Virus record (IMG/VR): IMGVR_UViG_3300037408_000392
Span: 1 to 29,300 of that record
Strand: one strand, 5' to 3'
From: a virus
Taxonomy: Duplodnaviria; Caudoviricetes
DNA length: 29,300 bases
The notes below the pieces were generated by a model. The model worked only from the letters and a program-made list of their open reading frames with translations. It did not search any database and had not been told where the DNA came from. Position 1 is the first letter of the stretch; each line of letters starts with the position of its first letter. Below, one piece after another: positions 25,170 to 29,300 of the stretch. A program made the translations under genes and the position numbers.

Positions 25170-27611
25170 ATGTCGGACATCGCCAACCTCCGGCCGACGA
25201 GCGACGCCGCGGGCGGGACGTTCAGCCTCGGACAGGGGGCCTGGACGCGCGCCGGCGGGCGCGTGGCCGGCGCCTGCTACAGCGGCTGCGACGAGGGGTC
25301 GCTGGACGAGGCCGACAGCGGCTACGCGCTGGCGCGCACCTCGGACACCTCGTACAACTCCGGCCGCTTCGAGTTCTACCTCGGGGCCCCGCCGACCGGG
25401 GTGGCGATCTCGTCCCTGAGCATCAAGGCCTACTGCCGCATCTCGTCGGCCGGGCCGAACTTCTTCGTCGAGAGCCCCCGCATGAAGGGCTTCGTGAACG
25501 TCGGGGGGACGCGCTACTACCAGTCGGGGCCCTCGTACGTGACCGTCTCGAACCACACGAACCGCAACACCACCCCGGTCGACGCCGGGACGGGCGTCCT
25601 CTTCACCGTGGGGACGTGGGCCACCAACCCCGTCACCTCGGCGGCGTGGACCCTTTCCGACCTGGCGGCGGGCGTCTTCATCGCCGGGCTCGAGGCCGGC
25701 GGGGTGGCCGAGGGCCAGGCCGGCAACGGCATCCCGCACGCGAACGGGGGCTCAACGGCGCAGTTCGACCTTTTGCAGTTCTGGGTCGAGCTGACCACGA
25801 CCCCGAGCGAGACGTTCGTCACGCCGATCCGGCTCGGGGCGTCGGCCGTCCTGCGGTGGCTCGGCCGCCCCCTGCGCGTGGTCGAGTTCAAGGCGCCGGT
25901 CGAGTACTCCGAGCTCGCGCCCGGGTCCACGGTCTACGTCACCCACCCGTGGTATCCCACCGAGGACGGCCTCGGCGCCGGCGTCCTGAGCTGGCAGCGC
26001 CGGCCGCTCAAGGTGCTCCAGGTGAGCGACATGGTCGACCCGCCGGAGGTCCGCGTCCGCGCGATCGACCTGCGGGACCGGGCGTGCACGTTCTGGAGCC
26101 CCTGGCGGACGGACCTCGGCGCCGACACGGTGAACTGGTCGGGCATCGCGCGCTTTGACCAGGGCGGCGGCTACACGTTCGCCCGGACCTCGGCCGACTG
26201 GATCGAGCGGCCCACAGACCGGCTCTACGTGTCGATCTCGGCGAACCAGCCGCGCATCACGCCGTGGGGCCTGCTCATCCAGGGCGGCAGCTACTCCGGG
26301 TACAGCTCGGACAACGGCGAGAACGACTCCGTCGTCCTCGACAACACCTTCGCTCGAGGCACGGGCGGGCACGACACGACGGTCACAACCGGGTCGACCA
26401 CGGCGTTCACGAGCTGGACGGCGTCCGTAGCGGGCGGCGGCGCCCTGAAGGTGTGGAAGGACTCACGGTATCGGTTCGACGACGCGACGACCTACGCTCG
26501 CCACGCGAAGCTCAGCTTCGGCGCCGCCTACGGGACCGACTACGCCTACCTGTCGCAGGCCCTGTCGAGCTTCCCGAACGTGAACTTCCGCGCGCGCGTG
26601 CTCTTCTCCCTCGAGGGCTCCGCCGACCCGCTGCAGACGTCCATGATTCTGCGCCGGACCCTCGGGGGCACGGCGAACGACTGGACGACCTCGGGGTGGA
26701 GCGCCTCGCTCGCCTGGCGAAAGTTCGTGAACGGGCAGACCAGCACAGGCGGCGCCGGGAAGACGTCCTTTTTCAAATCTGGGAACCATTACGAGTACTG
26801 GTCCGACGAGATCCCCTTCGGCACGGGCGCGACGCCGATCCTGACCCCCTTCGCGGCGCTGCACCAGGAGAATAACTCGACCCTCTACCTCCACCAGGTG
26901 CTCGTCGTGCACACCGGCACGGCTACGGCCCAGGCGAAGCGCGTCATCCGGCGCGAGGTGGATGTGACGCAGGGCAGCGTGGTCACGGGCGCCGCCGACG
27001 TCCTCGACCTGAATAACGACGCCAGCTACCGGATCGTCGAGGCCGACCACGGCACCCTCGCTGTCGTCTTCACGCCGCGATGGGGGCACGAAGACCTCGA
27101 CGACGGCGCCGACAAGTACCTGCTGACGATCGTCCACGACTCGACGAACAACGACCGCGAGGAGCTCTTCTATCACCGCACCAACTCGACGACGGGGGTG
27201 CTCTACTTCCGGCGGGTGTACGGCGGGGCCTCGATCGCCGAGGCGCAGTATGCGCTGTCGGGATCGAATCTCGCGTCTTACCTGACGTCGATGAAGGTGG
27301 CGGCGCGGTGGACCGGCTCCGCCGGCGAGCTCGGGCTTACGGTGCGCTCGCTCGACGTATTCCTGAACGGGGTGAAGGGCGGGACCACGGCGACGGCGGC
27401 GAACGTGTGCCGGATGAAGGACGTGGGCGACTACGTGGCCGTCGGGCGCAAGGCGACCAGCACGCCCGGGAGCGTCCCGAACATGTACCAGTTCGCCGAC
27501 GGCTACCTCGCCGACATGGAGTTCCGCGCGGACGTGCTGTCCGACATGGAAGTCGCTGCCTTGCACAACGGCATCGGGAAGAACCTCAACCTGCCGACGA
27601 CCGTGGTGTGA
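25170..27611 (+). CDS. Tail-tip protein: N-terminal beta-sandwich, hub C-terminal OB-like segment, lectin/LamG-like C-terminus
   Basis: WATNPVTSAAWT motif; ELAPGSTVYVTHP; DVFLNGV...AVGR...ADGYLADMEF...LSDMEVAAL (LamG-like ending). Confidence 0.7.
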   Translation: MSDIANLRPTSDAAGGTFSLGQGAWTRAGGRVAGACYSGCDEGSLDEADSGYALARTSDTSYNSGRFEFYLGAPPTGVAISSLSIKAYCRISSAGPNFFVESPRMKGFVNVGGTRYYQSGPSYVTVSNHTNRNTTPVDAGTGVLFTVGTWATNPVTSAAWTLSDLAAGVFIAGLEAGGVAEGQAGNGIPHANGGSTAQFDLLQFWVELTTTPSETFVTPIRLGASAVLRWLGRPLRVVEFKAPVEYSELAPGSTVYVTHPWYPTEDGLGAGVLSWQRRPLKVLQVSDMVDPPEVRVRAIDLRDRACTFWSPWRTDLGADTVNWSGIARFDQGGGYTFARTSADWIERPTDRLYVSISANQPRITPWGLLIQGGSYSGYSSDNGENDSVVLDNTFARGTGGHDTTVTTGSTTAFTSWTASVAGGGALKVWKDSRYRFDDATTYARHAKLSFGAAYGTDYAYLSQALSSFPNVNFRARVLFSLEGSADPLQTSMILRRTLGGTANDWTTSGWSASLAWRKFVNGQTSTGGAGKTSFFKSGNHYEYWSDEIPFGTGATPILTPFAALHQENNSTLYLHQVLVVHTGTATAQAKRVIRREVDVTQGSVVTGAADVLDLNNDASYRIVEADHGTLAVVFTPRWGHEDLDDGADKYLLTIVHDSTNNDREELFYHRTNSTTGVLYFRRVYGGASIAEAQYALSGSNLASYLTSMKVAARWTGSAGELGLTVRSLDVFLNGVKGGTTATAANVCRMKDVGDYVAVGRKATSTPGSVPNMYQFADGYLADMEFRADVLSDMEVAALHNGIGKNLNLPTTVV

Positions 27612-27624
27612 ACGGGAGGATCGA

Positions 27625-28917
27625 ATGTTCAAGGTAGCCACGGGCCCGATGATGAACCTCGTAGGTCGGGGGGCTGGCTACGGCGCCTCCGCTTCCGGGG
27701 CCGCCCTCTCCGTTTCGTTAGACGCCGCGTTCCCGCTATCGAACATGTATGATGGCAGGCCGTCCAGCCCAGCGAAACTGGCTGCCGTCTCGTCTGGGTT
27801 TTACCTACGCTTTCCCAACAATCTGGTACCCAACGGTGACTTCGAGCTGTCGAGCCTCACGGAATGGAGCGCGGGCAGCGCCACGCTGACGACCGAAACC
27901 GGAGCCGGAAACTTCCACAAGGGCACCCGATCGATCAAGGTGGTCACGTCTGCCATTGGAGGGCACGCGAAGAGCGGGGTGATCACCCTGCAGTCCGGGC
28001 ATTACTACCAACTATGGGCGGCAGCCAAAAGCGACGGCACCAACGCTACGACGCTTCGCCTCGACTGCATCGACACGAACAAGAGCCTAAACAGCAGCGG
28101 CGCGTGGGACACTCTTTACACGTCGTGTTTCAGCAAAACAGCGAACACGATGGCGGCATTCGGGCCGATCACGTTTCGAGCTCCGACCCACTCCGAGGTG
28201 GGGCGGGCCACCGTCGGAGTGCAGATTGTCGCCGCGGGCGCGGCGAACGGGCAGACTTTCTATTGGGATGAGATTCTGATCGTCCCTGGCATCAATTTCG
28301 TGTCGGTCCATGGGCACAACATCCAGCCGAGCGGCTTAATCGTCACGGAAACAACGGGCGCCAGCTACTGGCACGCTCCGACGTCTGCCGCGGGCGGAGT
28401 GCCGCAGTTTGCAGTGGGCACGCGACAAACACCTTATGGCTACGCTTCGTCCATGTGGTACGAGCCCTTTCCGACCATCGTTTGCGTGCCAACGGGGGTT
28501 TGGGGCTCCGGCGTAACGCGACAGGAAGTTCCGTACATCGGTGAGCTGGTCGTCGGGCAGGCTTTGGAGCTCGCTCGAAACCCCGACTACCCGTTTACAA
28601 TCGAGTACATCGAGCCAAACGCCCGGATGTCGGCGGCCAACGGCGCGCAGTGGGTGCTCCCGCGTGGGTCGTGGCCGACGCGCAAGGTGACCATGTCGTT
28701 CGCCTACGGGACCGACGCGCAGTACCAGGAGGCCCGCGACCAGCTCTACACCATGAGCCGCGGGGGGGCGTACCCGCTCGTCCTGCTGCCGACGGAGACG
28801 GACAGCGGGGAGGCAATCTTCGGGCGGCTGGAGGACGTGACCACGTTCCGCCGGGACTCCTTCGCCCAGCGGATGGCCGAGTTCATCGTGGTCGAGGAGC
28901 CGTTTCCCTGGATGTGA
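27625..28917 (+). CDS. Distal-tail (Dit)-like protein with an inserted CBM4/9-like carbohydrate-binding module
   Basis: NLVPNGDFE...FYWDEI insert; C-terminal YIGELVVG...AIFGRL...FIVVEE domain. Confidence 0.6.
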   Translation: MFKVATGPMMNLVGRGAGYGASASGAALSVSLDAAFPLSNMYDGRPSSPAKLAAVSSGFYLRFPNNLVPNGDFELSSLTEWSAGSATLTTETGAGNFHKGTRSIKVVTSAIGGHAKSGVITLQSGHYYQLWAAAKSDGTNATTLRLDCIDTNKSLNSSGAWDTLYTSCFSKTANTMAAFGPITFRAPTHSEVGRATVGVQIVAAGAANGQTFYWDEILIVPGINFVSVHGHNIQPSGLIVTETTGASYWHAPTSAAGGVPQFAVGTRQTPYGYASSMWYEPFPTIVCVPTGVWGSGVTRQEVPYIGELVVGQALELARNPDYPFTIEYIEPNARMSAANGAQWVLPRGSWPTRKVTMSFAYGTDAQYQEARDQLYTMSRGGAYPLVLLPTETDSGEAIFGRLEDVTTFRRDSFAQRMAEFIVVEEPFPWM

Positions 28918-28925
28918 AGCTGAAG

Positions 28926-28979
28926 CGCCGCCCGGGGCAAATCCCCTGTGGGGCAGGGTATCGGACGCCCCGGACGGCG
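28926..28979. terminator. Large hairpin between convergent genes
   Basis: CGCCGCCCGGGGC ... GCCCCGGACGGCG (12 of 13 paired) enclosing CCCTG/CAGGG. Confidence 0.5.
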
Positions 28980-29017
28980 GACGTTTCCCGTCTCTAAGTG
29001 TAGCAGGCCCATCAAGT

Positions 29018-29269
29018 TCAGTCGGCCACGCGGAGGATGACCGTCGCCTTCGCCGGGCTGCCGCACTCCGCCTTCGTGATCCGAATGGTGCCGTCCTCGG
29101 CCTCAAACACCAGGTCCTGCCCAGCGACGGCGCCGTAGTGTGAGAAGGACACCGCCTTCAGCGAGCCCCAGGACTTGGGGATCTCGCACGGCTTTCCCGC
29201 CTCGTCCGCCCGCGGCCAGAGCAGCCCGAGCGCGAGAACGGCGAGTAGAACGGCGAGCATCTTCTTCAT
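29018..29269 (-). CDS. Small exported protein with two Cys (moron-like)
   Basis: GGAGG SD; signal-peptide-like MKKMLAVLLAVLALGLLW; CEIPKSWG...LVFEAEDGTIRI...C. Confidence 0.8.
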   Translation of the reverse strand: MKKMLAVLLAVLALGLLWPRADEAGKPCEIPKSWGSLKAVSFSHYGAVAGQDLVFEAEDGTIRITKAECGSPAKATVILRVAD

Positions 29270-29300
29270 GGTCTGGTCCCTCCGAAAGTGGCGAGGCGTG

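Noticed and set aside
25163-25172. prfB-like +1 frameshift at ACC TGA C joining the two tail-tip ORFs
   Set aside because: ACC cannot re-pair in the +1 frame as CTT does in prfB, there is no properly placed internal SD, and an ATG follows directly, so reinitiation is simpler.
518-27641. Many long minus-strand and alternate-frame ORFs (e.g. 518-1762, 12891-14459, 15466-16785, 21240-23423, 23672-25186)
   Set aside because: These are shadow ORFs expected at ~70% GC with strong GC3 bias. They are R/G/P/A-rich, have no motifs and fully overlap well-supported + strand genes.
15481-28917. Gene transfer agent, tailocin or contractile injection system
   Set aside because: A full head module with HNH/cos-type packaging is present, there are no sheath or baseplate wedge genes, and the organisation fits an ordinary siphophage.
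28926-29000. GGCAAA...GGACGC...CTAAG resembling a c-di-GMP-I riboswitch
   Set aside because: It lacks the GNRA loop/receptor and the GCAAAG segment, and it lies 3' of two convergent genes; a terminator-like hairpin explains it better.

Overview
A high-GC (~70%) tailed phage or prophage late region. Almost all genes are on the + strand and tightly coupled through ATGA/GTGA/TGATG overlaps. Order: small membrane and coiled-coil genes (probable lysis cassette, no endolysin in the window); a ~6.8 kb accessory virion-appendage cassette (small beta-rich subunit, GH74-like beta-propeller glycosidase, beta-sandwich protein, 1055-aa repeat scaffold, BppU-like protein); HNH nuclease and probable cos region; TerS, TerL; an inserted SAM methyltransferase + GT-A glycosyltransferase pair; HK97-type portal, prohead protease and major capsid protein; neck genes, tail tube, tail chaperone with a -1 frameshift, tape measure and three tail-tip proteins; then one convergent secreted protein. 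No sheath gene is present, so it is a siphovirus-type element. The best candidate for a new system is a putative bead-chain fibre cassette armed with a GH74-like enzyme, possibly paired with virion glycosylation/methylation. Other highlights are a switch-like structured leader before the capsid gene, zinc-knuckle inserts in both terminase subunits and an apparently split tail hub. All family calls come from motif recognition by eye; no searches were run.
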